Shown here: piece after piece, positions 1 to 13,559 of the stretch | Layout of the letters: each line of letters starts with the position of its first letter | How positions within the stretch are numbered: the stretch's first letter is position 1 | DNA from: Haplodiscus bocki | Lineage: Eukaryota | Direction: 5' to 3' | Assembly: GCA_965655095.1 (NCBI GenBank) | Contig: OZ296651.1 | Coordinates: forward strand, 108,562,001 to 108,626,000 | DNA length: 64,000 nt | Notes under the pieces: model-generated | What the model was told of the DNA's origin: nothing | What the model saw: the letters and a program-made list of their open reading frames with translations, nothing else | Database searches by the model: none | Made by a program: the position numbers and the translations under genes

Positions 1-277
1 TCAAGAAAAAACCCAAATTTAGCCCAAAACCGTACTCTTGTCGGCAACCAATCAGAATCGAGCACGAAAAAACCCTAAAACCTCGTCAGCCAATCAGAAT
101 CGATTATCACAGTGCCGAAACATACCCTATCTTAATACATTGCCGAAACATACCCTATCTTAATACATGGGTGGGAGACCCTTCTCGGCTCTGGGCACGA
201 GTCGGCTGCTATAGCCTATCTTAATACTTGGAGGGTCTCCCACCCCCCTGCTCACCTCAGCTCACACTCTTACTACT
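1..277. mobile_element. Right terminus/TIR of a Polinton (Maverick)-type element that extends upstream of the window
   Basis: Ends in ...TACTACT at 277. Its reverse complement (AGTAGTAAGAG...GGGGGGTGGGAGACCCTCCAAGTATTAAGATAGGCTATAGCAGC...CACCCATGTATTAAGATAGGGTATGTTTCGGCAATGTATTAAGAT) aligns by eye with the terminus starting at 62121, which leads into capsid and protease genes. Confidence 0.7.
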
Positions 278-3200
278 TAACGAACTGTTACTTTCCTTTA
301 AAACACATGCTGATAAACTTATTGAACAAACAAAACCACAAAAAACGATAGAATTTAAACCTAATAAGTAGTGATTGCCTTAACATCTGCGAAAAAAAAG
401 CATTATCAATTTTCCAACTTTTGTTGTTAAACAATAGATATGAGAAGAGATCAACTTGCTGGTAGTTGTTACCTTCAATACACATAAATTCAACCTCTCG
501 GTTGTTATCATTCGGCTGTGCACATCTCACTTGAAACAATTTTGTGAAGTCTTTTGAGATAAATGAAATATTTTTTTTGTCTTGGCAAGATTCAGCTAAG
601 AAATTCAAAAACTCTCAATTTTGTGGAATTATTTTTTTTCTGGTTCCTGAAAATAATTTTTTTTCTGGTTGCCTTGAATTCGTTGAGAACGGCGCCCAGT
701 GAGCCAATAGGTGAGCTACCAGATGTCACACCGACAGGCGATTTGTTACTGTGACTGCGTTGAAATAGAGTTCCACTAAAAGAGCAAACAAAAAATTTTT
801 TATTGACAATCTACGAGATACTTTCCGACATGTGAAGGTATTCAATTTATCATTTTTCAGCAATATGAAAGTCATAATTGCTGGTAATTTTTTGTTTTCG
901 AAGATTTAGTAGATTACATCATTACAAAATCCTGCTGCCTGTTTACAAACTGGACCAACATACATGGTAAGATTTTGAATTTTCACCTTTCGTTTTCTTA
1001 CCAAGACCCACCCGTAGCCAAAACTGTATCCATGAAACTAGAAGCAAAAGTTAATTTACTTACGATATCATGTGAGATTTGAAAGTTGCCTACTACAATC
1101 TGAAGTAGAGTGACATATTCTCAGTTGTGCGATTGTGGAAAGGCTCAAGTTTTTTTGCTGTTTCATAGGAATCTCAGATAAACCGTCCAGAAAGAAAACA
1201 TTTAGCCAACTCGAGTTAAAAACACTTTCAATTTACAAGAATTGTGATATTTTCGTGTGATTTTATTTTGTAGGTATTCGTTCAGGAAAAATTTAGCCAC
1301 TATCTTCAACAAGTCCATCCAAGTTTCCATTTTCGTCTTTCTCCTCTCTAGAAAAGATCATTTATTTTAACCATATGAGTCGATTGGAGAAAACTGCAGT
1401 TCATTTTTGAATGTCCTCAGAATTCGAGTACTTTTTTGTTTGTTCTGAATCTCCTCACAGCTAAACAGTGGAACAGAACCATAATCAGCCAATGTATTAC
1501 ACCGCAGTGCGAATTCTAAAAGCATCTCCATTATCTTTGGCGATTGGTTTACCTCCCTTCTGGATTTTGCAGATTGGATTTGGTTGTTTCTGATCTCATA
1601 ACTGGATTTTATTCACTTTGTCCTTTTGAACTTCGGATAGACTTTCCGACCATGATTATTGTAACTATGGTTGGTTACCTTTATTAGCATGTTTTTCCTT
1701 TAGAGAGCGTTGAAAAAATATTATTTTTTAAAGTCAAATGAAAACAAAAAAAATGAATCCTTCGCGAAACCAATGATTCTACGTCGAATTCAAAAAATTG
1801 AAAATTGCAATTAAAACCAGACTGGAAATCAACCACCTCGAATCAAATGTTTACAGAGATAGCAAAATGAACAATATCGAATCCTTATTTCAGAACAACT
1901 AGTGCCAATCTACGGCCCATCAAAGTCCTATTAAATTGTTACGTTTGATTGGCATGGAGCTCTGTAGTAACAAAAACTTTCGCACGAATGGTAACGATAT
2001 CATCAATTTGATTCCAATAGCAGTAACTGAAGAAACCATTCATTGCAAAAAAGAGGTAAAATAGACTTTATGGAAGCATTGGACATTGGAAGTGTAGCCG
2101 GATGTCAGAAGAAGAACATGGATTCCAAAGATGGTGTAATGGATGATTTTTTTTCAGGTAAATGTGAGCAATCCAGCGTTCTTAGAAAACTTTGTGTGAG
2201 ATATATGCACTTCGATAAACTTGGTAACGTGAGAAACAATCAGATAGTTATTTCAAAGAAAGTAGTTCAGACGGATTATATCAAACAAAAGTAACCCATG
2301 ATGCATGGTGTTTTCGATACACGTTTTGTTTTTGAGAAGTGTCAGGATGGAAGTCAACAGCAATTAGAGAAACACGCTATTGCCACTCGTCCTGAAAAGT
2401 TGCACTTCATGTGAATAAAAGAGAAAAAGCAGCAAATTATCCAATTATTTTTTGTTGCAAAATTAAATGGTGTTGATTTTGACCATTTTTGAACAATATT
2501 TACTAATCTAGTAGACTGTTGATTCTCCTTCGATAGATTACCCCACAATTAACAGTTCCATAAAAATTACAAAGAACAAAAGAAACTTCTGAATTTCTTC
2601 TGAAGTCAAATCAGATAAAAATGGTTTGAACCAAAGACTACATAATAGAGAACAGGACTATGAAACATCTAACAAACCACAAGAGAAGGGTACTTCAATC
2701 ACATTGAAAACTTTCAGAAGCAGTAACAATAAAACAAAACAATCCAATTATATGACCAATTGTTCAATGATGCTTCGACAGATTGTGCGTTCAATGTTAA
2801 GGAAGTCTAAAACTTCATTGGACATTTTGAAAATACATTGAAAACAGAAAACTAATCAGAAGATTTAACCTGATTAAACGCTCAAAAAGGTGATACACTC
2901 CAAAAAAGATTAAAAGCATTCCTATATTTAATCGCCTAAAACCTCCTGAATAGGAAGCAAAGCTAGCAACAACTACTGAGTGTGATACAGACAAAGCTTT
3001 TGAATTTTCATCATTTAGTTAAGAGATGAAGAACGAAGCATTCAGAGAAATTCTGGAATATAAAATCAATCAAACTCACTGATAAGAGATAGACATGTAA
3101 GCCAAACAAACAATCGTCAGAACCAAATTAGAAATGAAAGGAGAGCCACGAAATCATATCTGGTTTTCAATGTTGATTCGGGGTTGATTAACATCTGAAA

Positions 3201-4554
3201 CTGACAAAATGGAGTATTTTCAATAACACACGTGGAACTAAATTTCCAGAAAAACGTAATTGTAAGACTATCATTTACGTATTTTTTCGTATCTTTACGT
3301 ATCTAAGTATAATTGTAATCATTTTCTGTATCTCAGCCTCAGTCTGATGTTATGGATCAATCTCAGATTGCGTGACACTTGTGGCTACAAACAATGTTGC
3401 TGACGTGATGTACTCACCTTTCCTCGATCAAAAATCAATAAGTGAGGTGTTGGATTCAAATCTACAGTCAGAATATTTGAGAACTCCAACACCTCCAAAT
3501 TGAACAGCTGAATCAAGGAAAGGCCAAAAGCAGCTGTTATGCTTGATAATTCTCTTTTATATTCAACTGGAGGCTCTTTGGGGCAGGCTGTATCATAATC
3601 AGTATATCAAGCGATGAATCTGGGTCTTCCTAAGATTTGGAAGTTAACATTGCTGGAAAGATATACAAAACAAGAAGGATGGAGTATGGTCTTTTGATGT
3701 AAAGGACAGATCACGGTAAGGTAATGAACTTATAGGTTCTGCAAAGGCTCCTGATAGTTATCTGAACGCCTAATACACTTGAGATGAGTGAGACCAACTA
3801 GGTAGTACTTTAATAAAGTAGTAATTTTCCTCATAATTTACACAAAAAGTGCTATCGTGTGACCATTGAAACGTATTTCAGAAACTTTTTGTAGGAGGTA
3901 GTTTTCGGTCAGGTTATCAGAAAGCCACGTTTCGGCACAGCCTATCAACACGGAGTTCAAACACAGAAGTGGTAAAGATGCTGCTTTATACAGCTTCCTT
4001 GCCAATGTAGGCTGTTGTTCCAACGAGCAATAAAGTTCCTTATAGTTCAGATAGAGAATGACCTATCAATTTTTAGTATGTACAGTTTCACAATGAGGTG
4101 ATGCTTTTTTTAAAAGCAGTTCTTGAGCACTTGTTTTCACACTAACTTCATGGGAACCCCATGGCGCAACTATAATTTTAATATTAATTTGAACCCGAAC
4201 CTTGGTTGTCAATTTGGTTCAGAAACCTAAAGTTTTCTTTTCTATTCACAAGGCTATCTCAATGTCTTTGAAGTTATTCCTCTTCCCCATTCAAGCAATT
4301 ATAATATTCTAAACAAATTCAACTTTTTCAAACCTCAGCTGTTCCACCAAATTGTACACGACGCCTCCTAAAATTTTTTTGTCCACTCAAATTGATTTAC
4401 AACTACTAAACCATTCCTCCTCAGGAATCAAGACACAAAAGAAAACATCATTTTTTAACTATAAATTCTCTGACCCTTTAGTGATAAATTCATTTTTGCA
4501 TTTACAAAAATTTTGTAAAAACAACTGCGTTTCTCCAAATTGAAAATCGGTAAT

Positions 4555-5714
4555 TGTCGCAGCACGTCTGCGAAGCCTGCGGTCAGACGATCCCCTCAAC
4601 AAAGGACATCCCAGGTCCATCAAAGAGGGATTAGAACTGTAGAAACACTTAAACTTACTCACGAACTATAACTTTATCTATTCAAACATTTATTGCATTA
4701 TGGATACGTAGTAGATACGTATCCACCTAGTACGCGCACATGTAATTTATGTAGACGATACGTAGTAGTTACGTATCGTCCCACAATATTTATTTCATGT
4801 AAAAAGCACGTATCCGATACGTGTAATTCTGGTGAACTGATCCTTATTGGGACGGAATAGATGCGGAACAAACGAATATTCACTGTTTTTCATAGTAATT
4901 TTAGGTGCTTTTTTTAAGACTAATTTAGATAATTATTATATAAATCCACTTTTTTGATTGTGCAGTAATCTATTTAGATTGACAGCTTTACCAAGTTTTC
5001 AATAGTTTAACTATTAGAGCAGAGCTTGACTTTAAAAAAGAATATTAGTTCCGTATGTGTTCCGTCGTAACTAATCTGCTGATGTCACTAGAATTTCAGC
5101 CAATCCGCTGTGCTACTATGCTGTTTCACTTTGGACGGACACGGGACGTCTACGTAGCCACCAGAATCATTCTCTTCAGTAGCACTGCGGTAGCCGCCAC
5201 GGAAAACTCCGGCCAAAGTGAGGCCTGAGCTGGTAGAAACGTGGAACGGGCTAGGAAATAAGCCTAGTTTGTTCCAAACAGTGGTTTTGATTGATGCAGC
5301 ATGTAATCATGAATCTTTTTGTATTATAAACTTTAATTTTCCATACTTTAGATTATTTTTTCAACTGTATTATAGTATTTATTCCTTGTATGGAAATTCC
5401 TTTGATCATTTGTTTATGTTTTTATTTATTGTGTCGGCGTGCGAATAACCACTTTGATGTCCATTTCCGACGGATCGGAGCGTACCTTTTTCTGTCGAAA
5501 GATGGAAAGAACGCTGTCCGTGAGGGAAGAAATGGACGGAAGGGTGTTTATTTCCCGCCAGAGTCGGCATCCTTTCTCTTTGATAAATAATATGATTAAA
5601 GTACTTTTCCCTTTTCGCACCTTGATCTGGCGTGTAAACAATTATGTTTCCCGCCAAGGAAAGGTATAAATAGGAGAAATGAAAGTACAATTATTATTAT
5701 TATATATTGCGACT
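4555..5714 (+). mobile_element. Long terminal repeat (~1.16 kb) of an LTR retrotransposon
   Basis: Starts TGTCGCA (4555) and ends TGCGAC(T) (5708-5714), a short inverted terminal repeat. Homologous to minus-strand copies at ~10060-11139 (preceded by a polypurine tract) and ~12775-13400. Followed by a gag-like ORF. Confidence 0.6.
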
Positions 5715-5862
5715 GTGGAGTATGGTCATTCTTTGAAAATCACCATTTTGACTGTTTGAACGGTTGAAACTCTTTCCCTCAGATTTGGAGGAGACCATTT
5801 ATTAAAACAAAATACAAATGAATTCAGTTTTCACCACTGACAAGATTTTTCCTTCAAGGAAA

Positions 5863-6270
5863 ATGGCAACATTGAGAAACAAGAGGAAATTAGCGGCAGT
5901 TTCAAGAGAAACGCCTGAAGGCAGTAGAAGCAGTAGAGGATGGAATGTACTTGACCCTGAGTTAACCCAAGATTACATCTCCCAGGTCTCCGAGGAGATT
6001 GAAGGGAGAGTAACCAAGAAACTTTCTAAGGAATTCAACAAAACGGAGTCACTTATCTTGGGTGCCTTGTCAAAACTTGACGAGTTTCTTCTCAACCCAC
6101 AAGTGCGGACTTGCTCCGTAGCTCAAGGAACGTCCAGAAACGCTAATTCGGAAAACCGGGAAACTCGTGGGATCGCGCCTCAGACGATCCCTATCCCGAA
6201 GTGGGGTATTTTCCTCATCACTCTGCCCGGCTCAATAGCCCAGAGACAGAAACTAACTCGCACATGGTGA
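5863..6270 (+). pseudogene. Truncated first ORF (gag-like N-terminus) of the LTR element
   Basis: MATLRNKRKLAAVSRE...ISQVSEEIEGRVTKKLSKEF...ILGALSKLDEFLLNPQVR begins ~150 bp after the LTR. A homologous ORF (9594-9890, minus) sits at the same position relative to the second LTR copy. The gag identity is inferred from position only. Confidence 0.55.
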
Positions 6271-6299
6271 CCGAAAACTACCTTCACAGTAATTTATCT

Positions 6300-7740
6300 A
6301 CTTTGAATCTACTCTGTTAAAAATTCGGCATCATGCGAATCTTTTTCGTTTTGGAACTCCGCCCAGATCCAAGCAGCAATCTTTATATCTTTGTATAGCT
6401 CCCAAAGCGTCTTTTTACAAACAACAGCCTCTGGGAGACAATCTAACCTCGCTACCCACCGAGTGCTCTTCAACAAGGTCCAATAAGCTCCATATGACCA
6501 GTTGTTTTCTTGAACTTGAATTATTTTACAAACTAATTTCTTTATGCAACTTTTTTCACATATAAACCCTCCACTGAAAGGCTTTTGCATAATTTCAATG
6601 GATTCAGTTTCTCTTCGCAATCAATAGAAACTGATTTAGTTAAAGATCAAAAGCTCACTGAAAGTAGCGCTACTCAAAAAAAATCAACAATGCCAAGGAC
6701 TGAAATCAACTTTCTTCAAAAGGTCCAGAAAGTCTTTTCGACTTCTCTTATTGGCCTCTAAAAGTGTACTCTTCGAAACCCCAAGTTTTTTCTTGTAAAT
6801 CTACCACAGCAGCTGCATATGAGGCTACGGCTCAAAAATGGAATTGTGACAAATCGAAAAAGGGCCAAAAAAGACCTAGTTCAAAAACCAAAATATCCAT
6901 AATGATTACAAAAATTTTTCAAATTGCATGCCATCTAACTTCTTCACGGCGAATGAATCAGATTGGTGTCTAAACTACTTTGGCTCAAATAATGCAGAGG
7001 TCTGTGATACTGATTCTGACCCCTATTGGCTCTGATTATCAAAATGATGTTTCGAAGAACCTTCAGACTCCTCCTGATAATGGACAAAATTTTATGAATT
7101 TGTACAGCAAATAGGAAAGGTATCCAAGTCCTTGCCACTCCGAGAAGTTTAGATGCCCAAGGAAGTTTGTTCTAAAAATTGAAATGAAAGATGAAAGTCG
7201 TCGGTAATCTGTTTTTTATCCCTCTTTCTGTGATCCGAAGAATCATCATATCTTCCAATACTAAAGCCTCAAAGCGTTCTGGCTTTCAAACACATTGAAG
7301 TAAGTCTATGATATCAATACTGTATATTCTTTCCATATTAAGAATATTTTAATCAACTTTTTTTAAAACTCTGTAATTTTTCCAATGTGAAAGTTTTTAA
7401 TTGTTTCCCAGTGGCTTTTGTAACTTCAACTGCAACATGACTAATGTGACTTCAATGCAACATTTCTTGCGGATGGAGGACACTTCATGCCACTGCCATT
7501 GACCACGTGACCACTGCAGCCAACATCAAACTACAACTGATCACTTCAGAACTGACGATTCCACATAAATTCACACTTACCTTTCACTCCACTAAACCAC
7601 CACCAACACTCTTTTACTAGTATGTGCCGTTTCTCTAACCTGCTGTTCTACCACTAGAAGGAGCCCACAACGCCAAAGGACTGACTAAATAGTATTACGC
7701 TTCCAGATCTGATAAATCTTCAAAATGTAAAAAATTACAA
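6300..7740 (-). pseudogene. Possible heavily decayed retroelement gag/pol fragment
   Basis: Only weak remnants: FLGHL (~7165-7150, like the RT-thumb FLGH motif), RRFF (~7060), and a Cys-containing patch near 7440-7500. Many stops and frameshifts. Confidence 0.25.
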
Positions 7741-8039
7741 TTTGCTTCTTTTTAGTAAGGCTTTTAACCCCAGGAACCAGTGTTTTATTGCCTCTCCATT
7801 TAAATTGCAAAAAATTTCAATCCTGCACTAGTTTTTTTCCCTCTTTCCTAACTATTAACCTTTTTAAACCCCATTCCCAAACTGAATCTTTTGAAAAACT
7901 TTTTGATCACTGCCTCTAATGAACCGCGCTTTGTTTTACATTGATTAGAAACAAGTAGGAAACTCTCAATTAGCCTCAAAATTTAGTTCTCCGAATCACA
8001 GGTTGTTAGCTAGATTAGTATTTGGTCACTTTGTCGAAA

Positions 8040-9060
8040 TAATTAAAGAGCTGCAACAAGGGCTTAGTGAATTCGAAAAAAAATGAGTATGCTTTTCATG
8101 CTGTAATCGAGTTTTTCCTTTGATTTCAATGTCGGTCTTCATTAGAATTTGACAGACTGCTTTTAATTTGAATAATGGAAAGGCAAAAACTCCAGAAGTA
8201 AAGAAGTAAAAAGTCGACAACGTGATCTCTAATTGAGACTCCGTGAAAGTGTGAACTTCGCCAAGGAACGAGGATGCGATCTGTAAAACTGTCGAAATCT
8301 TCTATGTAGGGTGAACTTGTGAACTTTAGTTTCTCGAATTTGTACAACTTTGAAATTTCGAGAACTGAAGTTGGACATGGAGAAGTTGGAAACTGAAGAA
8401 TTATAAAAAATGGTTTCTGAAAATGAAATGATAGGCAGTTAGATTGCACTTGGACTTGGAAAATTGGATTGAGCAGGACGCATGAACAAAAAAGCAATTT
8501 GAGCCTTATGAACGAAAGAACAATACCTTACTTTCTGAAACAGATTCGCTCTGTCTTTTTCAAAACATCGTCAGTTGTAACACATTTTATAGATGTTGAA
8601 TACGTCAAGAGGGCTGGAAGGTTCTATTGTTTAGAGGAAGCTCAACTGACATACATTAAATATAAAAAAAATTTTTCGGAATTTTTAATCTGACTTGTGA
8701 TAGATATGTATGTTTTGAAACAGGTGATACCAGCCATTGAAACTGTTGTTTTCCTACGGATAACCAATAAGGAGCTTAACTGAGCTAAAAAGCAAGCTAG
8801 TAATACAAATCAACCTATTCTTCGGGGCACTTTAGATATACCGGGTTAGAATTTGTCGGCATGTATTGCGTACAGCATTAGTAACAAAAAAAGTCAAAAA
8901 TCCTGTTTTTCGAATATGCAGATGAAAAATTTTGGTTGAAGACCGTCCACAAACATCAGTTCTTCACAATATCAATTTAACCAGTCATTTTTCCCTTCAG
9001 GACACTTCCCGATGTTTTATTATTTAAGTTGCCGTAGCTGACAGAAAACACCTTTATTTC
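8040..9060 (+). repeat. Dispersed repeat family B, copy 1
   Basis: Collinear shared blocks with 13560-14550, e.g. TTTTCATGCTGTAA, GTGAAA.TGTGAACTTCG, GAGCTAAAAAGCAAGC.AGTAA.ACAAATC, GCCG.AGCTGACAGAAAAC. Confidence 0.75.
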
Positions 9061-9490
9061 AGTACGATTATCCCTCCCGTACATTAAGATTGTATTAGTT
9101 TCCTCTACATTCTATTTTGAATAGATATAACCTTTCTATAATATAAACACCCAGCAAAAATCTGGAATGAAAATCAACCAAATAGGTTTCCCAGAGAAAC
9201 TCCATTTTTTGACGAAACTTTAGAATAAAACTTAGCACTCCAACTATCGCCTCTTCAGGAATAATTTTCAGCACAGAACGAATTTTTTTCAAATTTTATC
9301 TCATTTTTAATGACTTTGTTGGAAACCTGCTGGGCAATTGAAAATGTGATACTCTCATTCTCAATTTCACAGAAATTAAAGTTAGTTTCCGAAAGCTTTG
9401 TAGGTGCCAGGTTTTTTCTGGAAATAATATCAAGTGATTTCGCCAGACGATGATTTCAATTCCAAAAGTTTCATGCGACTGGGAGACTGT
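9060..9490 (+). repeat. Dispersed repeat homologous to 17900-18290
   Basis: Shared ATATAAA.ACCCAG, CTATCGCCTCTTCA, CAGAAATTAAAGTT and CGACTGGGAGAC in the same order. Confidence 0.7.
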
Positions 9491-9539
9491 GAGAGGTCTC
9501 CTTCCGGTTTGAGTCAGCTGAAATGCTGGCCTGACGAAC

Positions 9540-11740
9540 AGAGAACTCCTCTTCCGGATAGGGATCATTAAGCGAACTATCCCTTGTGGGTTCTCAGATT
9601 TCGGATTCGTTGTTCCAGGTTGTTCCCGGAACAGTTCCGGAGCAATTCCGTACTTGCGGGTGCAGAAAGCATTCATCGAGTTTTGACAAAGCATCCAAAA
9701 TACATGAGTCCGTCCGACTAAATTCCTGGGACAGTTTTTTAATGGCCATCCCTTCTGTTTCTTCTATAACTTGGATGATGTACACTTCAGTCATCCCCGG
9801 GACGAATGTGTTCTGTGACTGGCCGTTCCTTGCATTTTTTGTGTATCTCCAAGCAGCTGCTAACTTTGGCTTGCTCCTTAGTGTTGCCATAATGCGGAAG
9901 AGAGAAAAGTTCAACAGATTTGAAGATTCAATTAGGGTTTTTGTTTTTAAGAACAGCTGATGTTTTTAGCGTAATGAAATCTCCTTTTTCAGAGGGAGAA
10001 TGTTTCTTTCAGTACAAACAGTTAACAATGAAATAGAATTCGTTCAACAATACTAAAGGCTGAAATTTACATATTAATAGTTGTACTTTCGTTTCTCCCA
10101 TTTATGCCTTTTCCTTGGCGGGAAACATAATTATTTACACGCCAAATCGAAGTATAAATAGGGAAAAGTACATAAATCATATGATTTACAAAGAAAAAAT
10201 GCCGACACTGGCAGGAACTGGACACCTTTGCGTCCATTTCTTCCCTCATGGAACGCGTCTCTTCAATCTCGTGACAGAAAATGTTCGGGTGTAATCCGTC
10301 GGAAATGGATATCCAAGTGCTTTTTCCCGCGCCGACACGATGAATGATAAAATTAACAAAAGATCAAAAAGATTTTTCTTGAGGGGAAAAACCAAAAATT
10401 GCACCAAAAATAAGTGAAATATAAAAAAACAATCATAGAAAATCATAATTACATGCTTCAGAATACTATTGCATCGAATAAATCCACTTTCGGAACAAGG
10501 CCAGGCTTTTTCGTAGCCCGTTCCTTGTTACTACCAGCTGGTTCCTCATTTTGGCCAAAGCGGTCCGGAATGGCTACGTAGTCGCCGGTAGCACTGCTCA
10601 TTGCAGTGCTGCCGCGAACATTGAAAGGGATGTCTAGGTAACTGCTCCGTGTTCGTCCAAAATGACGCAACGTAGTAGCACAGCGGATTGGATTAAAATC
10701 TAGTGACGTCATCAAGTTGGTTGTGACGGAACGCATACGGAACCAATATTCAGTTTTAAGTTCACGCTCTAAGTTACAGTTATAATAATTACAGCAAACT
10801 CATTCGCACTATCAATTCCATTTAAAATTACTGCACTAGTTATCAAAAACGGTGGATTTATACAATACGTACGTGAAATAGTTATATACACAACACCTTC
10901 AATGATTTAAATATACAATGAGGGAAACAAAGGAGTATCTTTTTGTTCCTAGTTGTTCAGTCACAATTTGGATAAGTACACCAGATTTGCACGTATAGGA
11001 TACGTTCTTTTCACATGAAGTGAATAATATGGAACGATACGTAAACAGTACGTATCGCTTATATGAATTACATACAAGTGTATGGGATTGATACGTAACT
11101 GCTATTTATCATTTATGTACAAATTCTGAATATGCGACACTCCCTCTCTTTTTTGAAATGACATTCCAAGGCTAAGCTTTCGTTTCAGTTTGCGGGGTAG
11201 CGGTGGGGGGAAGGACTTGAGGGGCGAAAATAAATTCTCCTGGGCTCATCTACGGAATACAATGTGTTGTCGTCAATCGTAGTATGTGATGTCTGCCATC
11301 CCTTAATTGTACTGAGGTTTATCGGGGGCGTTGATATCGGAGACGTTTCCGGTGATTGGGGGCTGCAGTTTTCGTCATGCCCTACCGCTGTTGGTTGTGC
11401 ATTCGCCATTGTTGCTAGGATATTGAATGGGTTGGGCGGCAGGTTTAGTTCAATCAACTTGGGTGGAATAAAAATTAGCTGCCGTCCAAACCTATTCGGC
11501 ATTGTTGGCCCGTTTTAGTTGGAGTCGATCATGACAATTTATGACTCCGGCGATGCAACAGATGATAATGTTATCATCTCTCGGTTATTGTTGCCTGACA
11601 ACTCTGTGGAGTTGAGGACAAATGGCGTGGTTGGTTCTGGGCGGAATTGGTTCAACCGACGATTGTTTGACATAAAACACATCCGAATGGTTGGATTTAA
11701 GAGAAATTGGTCGAAACACCTTCAATTCAATATTTGAGAA
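9540..11740 (-). mobile_element. LTR retrotransposon remnant: 3' internal region, PPT, LTR, then gag-like start
   Basis: On the minus strand, AAAAAAAGAGAGGGAG (PPT, 11155-11140) is directly followed by TGTCGCA (11139). The LTR body matches 4555-5714. ORF MATLRSKPKLAAA...LSKLDECFLHPQVR (9890-9594) matches 5863-6270. Confidence 0.7.
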
Positions 11741-11779
11741 ATGCAGCTGATAAGTAAGAGTTGACTTTAGAAAAATGAT

Positions 11780-12770
11780 CAGTTTTTGGGATGAAATTGT
11801 TTTGTTCAGCATTAAAAATGCGTTTTTGATAGGAAAATTCTGGTTTTTCATGTTGATTTTGAATAATTACATGAGACTTTGGAAAACACATTTAGCTCGC
11901 AAAAACTACAAATCTTGAAAAAATACGCGTATCGTTTCACGAGTGATGTTCACCGGCTGATGTTATACTTACTGGATTCAGACGTTGGCGAAATTTAAAG
12001 GAACACCTGAGACAAATTAAGCAAAAACTGATTACTCTTAAATTTGCACGCTTCAAAATCTTCGTCGGTGAAAAATTTTTCTTCCAATTAAAAGACGGCC
12101 GTCACTTAGCTGAAAAAACTAACACTCAAATTTTGGGAGCCCGCGTACGTTTTGCTTACTTGGAGAGACATCATATAATACTTAATTTGAATTTTTTGTT
12201 CGAAACACAGTCTTGATATAATTGCGCAGCGAGCTAACTAAAACACATCTCAAATTGCTGACCAGACCACTACAATCAGAACCTCGGCTACCAGCAGAAC
12301 GTCTTCGTGTCGCACGAGATTTGAAACAACTCAAAGTACATTTTGTCAGGTTAAATCTGCCGTGCATAAGTTATTACTGCTGTGTACACTTCTATTATAC
12401 TTTCACTACGTTCGACACTTTAATTTTCCAAAAAAAGATAATACGTGTTTTGTTTCAGAATCTGTTTTGACTTTCTAATGCTTCCTTTACCAGAGGTGTT
12501 TTTACTAAACTACATCGTCATTTTTCACACTCTGAGATTGTTCTCTGTTATTTAGCAATTCAAAGCTTAAACTTGGTTATCAACTTTGAAAAACGGCAGG
12601 TTAGTTATGATTAATACTCCTAACTTTCAACCTAGATATCCCTAAAAATTTGATGTTTGTTAATTAGCACAATGGGTGAAATTTGAACATTTTTCTCTCA
12701 TGTGAAATATGATAAAAAATTAATACTATCAATTTTGATGTTATTCTTTCGAAATTGGCGGTTAAGCAAG
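11780..12770 (+). repeat. Dispersed repeat family A, uninterrupted copy (empty-site paralogue of the Polinton insertion)
   Basis: Matches 18820-18920, 19691-19883 and 49397-50125 in order: CATGAGACTTTG, CTGATGTTATACTTACTGGA, GGAACACCTGAGAC | CAAAATCTTCG, GTCACTTAGCTGAA, GTTAGTTATGATTAATACTCCT, AATTGGCGGT.AAGCA. Confidence 0.85.
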
Positions 12771-12774
12771 GGTC

Positions 12775-13400
12775 TGATAAGTTGGAAATGGATGTCAAAG
12801 TGCTTATTCCCAAGCCGACACAATAAATAATAACATAAGTCAATGATCGGAAAGATTTTCCAGAAAGAGGAAAGTATTGAAAAATGCACCAAACTTGATA
12901 AAAATACACTAAAATAATCATAAAAAGTTATAATTACATGCTTGGTAATACCATTGCATCGATTTAAACCACTTTCTGAACGAAACTAGACGTTTTCCTA
13001 GTCCGTTCCTCGTTAATACATGCTGATTCCTCATTTCGGAGAAAGTGTTCCGGAATGGCTACGTAGTCGCTTGTGGCACTGCTCTCCGCAGTGCTACTGA
13101 AGAGATTGAATCTGGTGGCCACGTAGACGTTCCGTGTTCGTCCAAATTGACACAGCATAAAAGCACAGCGGATTGGTTGAATTTCTAGTGACGTCACCAG
13201 ATCGGTAGCGACGGAACGCGTACGTAACAAAATGTTCATTCCTAGCCTAGAGTAGCTACTAGGTAGGTACGTGTTCATTACGTAAAAGTTCCGTCCCAAT
13301 CTGGATCAGTACACGGAGTGCTACGTATAAAATACGTAGAATTTTTATGAACTTTTACTAGGGAGTGATACGTATTTGATACGTATCAACTACATGTAAA
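12775..13400 (-). mobile_element. Partial LTR, same family as 4555-5714
   Basis: GCACAGCG.ATTGG.TGAATTTCTAGTGACGTCA, GGAATGGCTACGTAGTCGC and GGAAATGGATGTCAAAGTG match 10290-10740 and the reverse complement of 5040-5470. Confidence 0.65.
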
Positions 13401-13559
13401 GGCAATGATATTTTACTGCAATATCATTTTTTGAATGAAAATAGAAAAGTCTAAAGTATTGATACAGTTTCTTTTAATTTTCAGGCAATCTGGGATGTCC
13501 TTTTCTTTCTTTATGCCCGTAGGCTTCGCGGGTGTACTGCGACAGCAATGCAGGCAAAA

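Noticed and set aside
288-4500. Short ORFs or a possible decayed transposase (~1850-3200)
   Set aside because: No diagnostic motifs or termini that I can support; many ORFs rely on TTG/GTG starts, which is inappropriate for eukaryotic DNA.
5714-5730. Primer-binding site after the LTR (GTGGAGTATGG)
   Set aside because: Position is plausible, but I cannot match it confidently to a tRNA 3' end.
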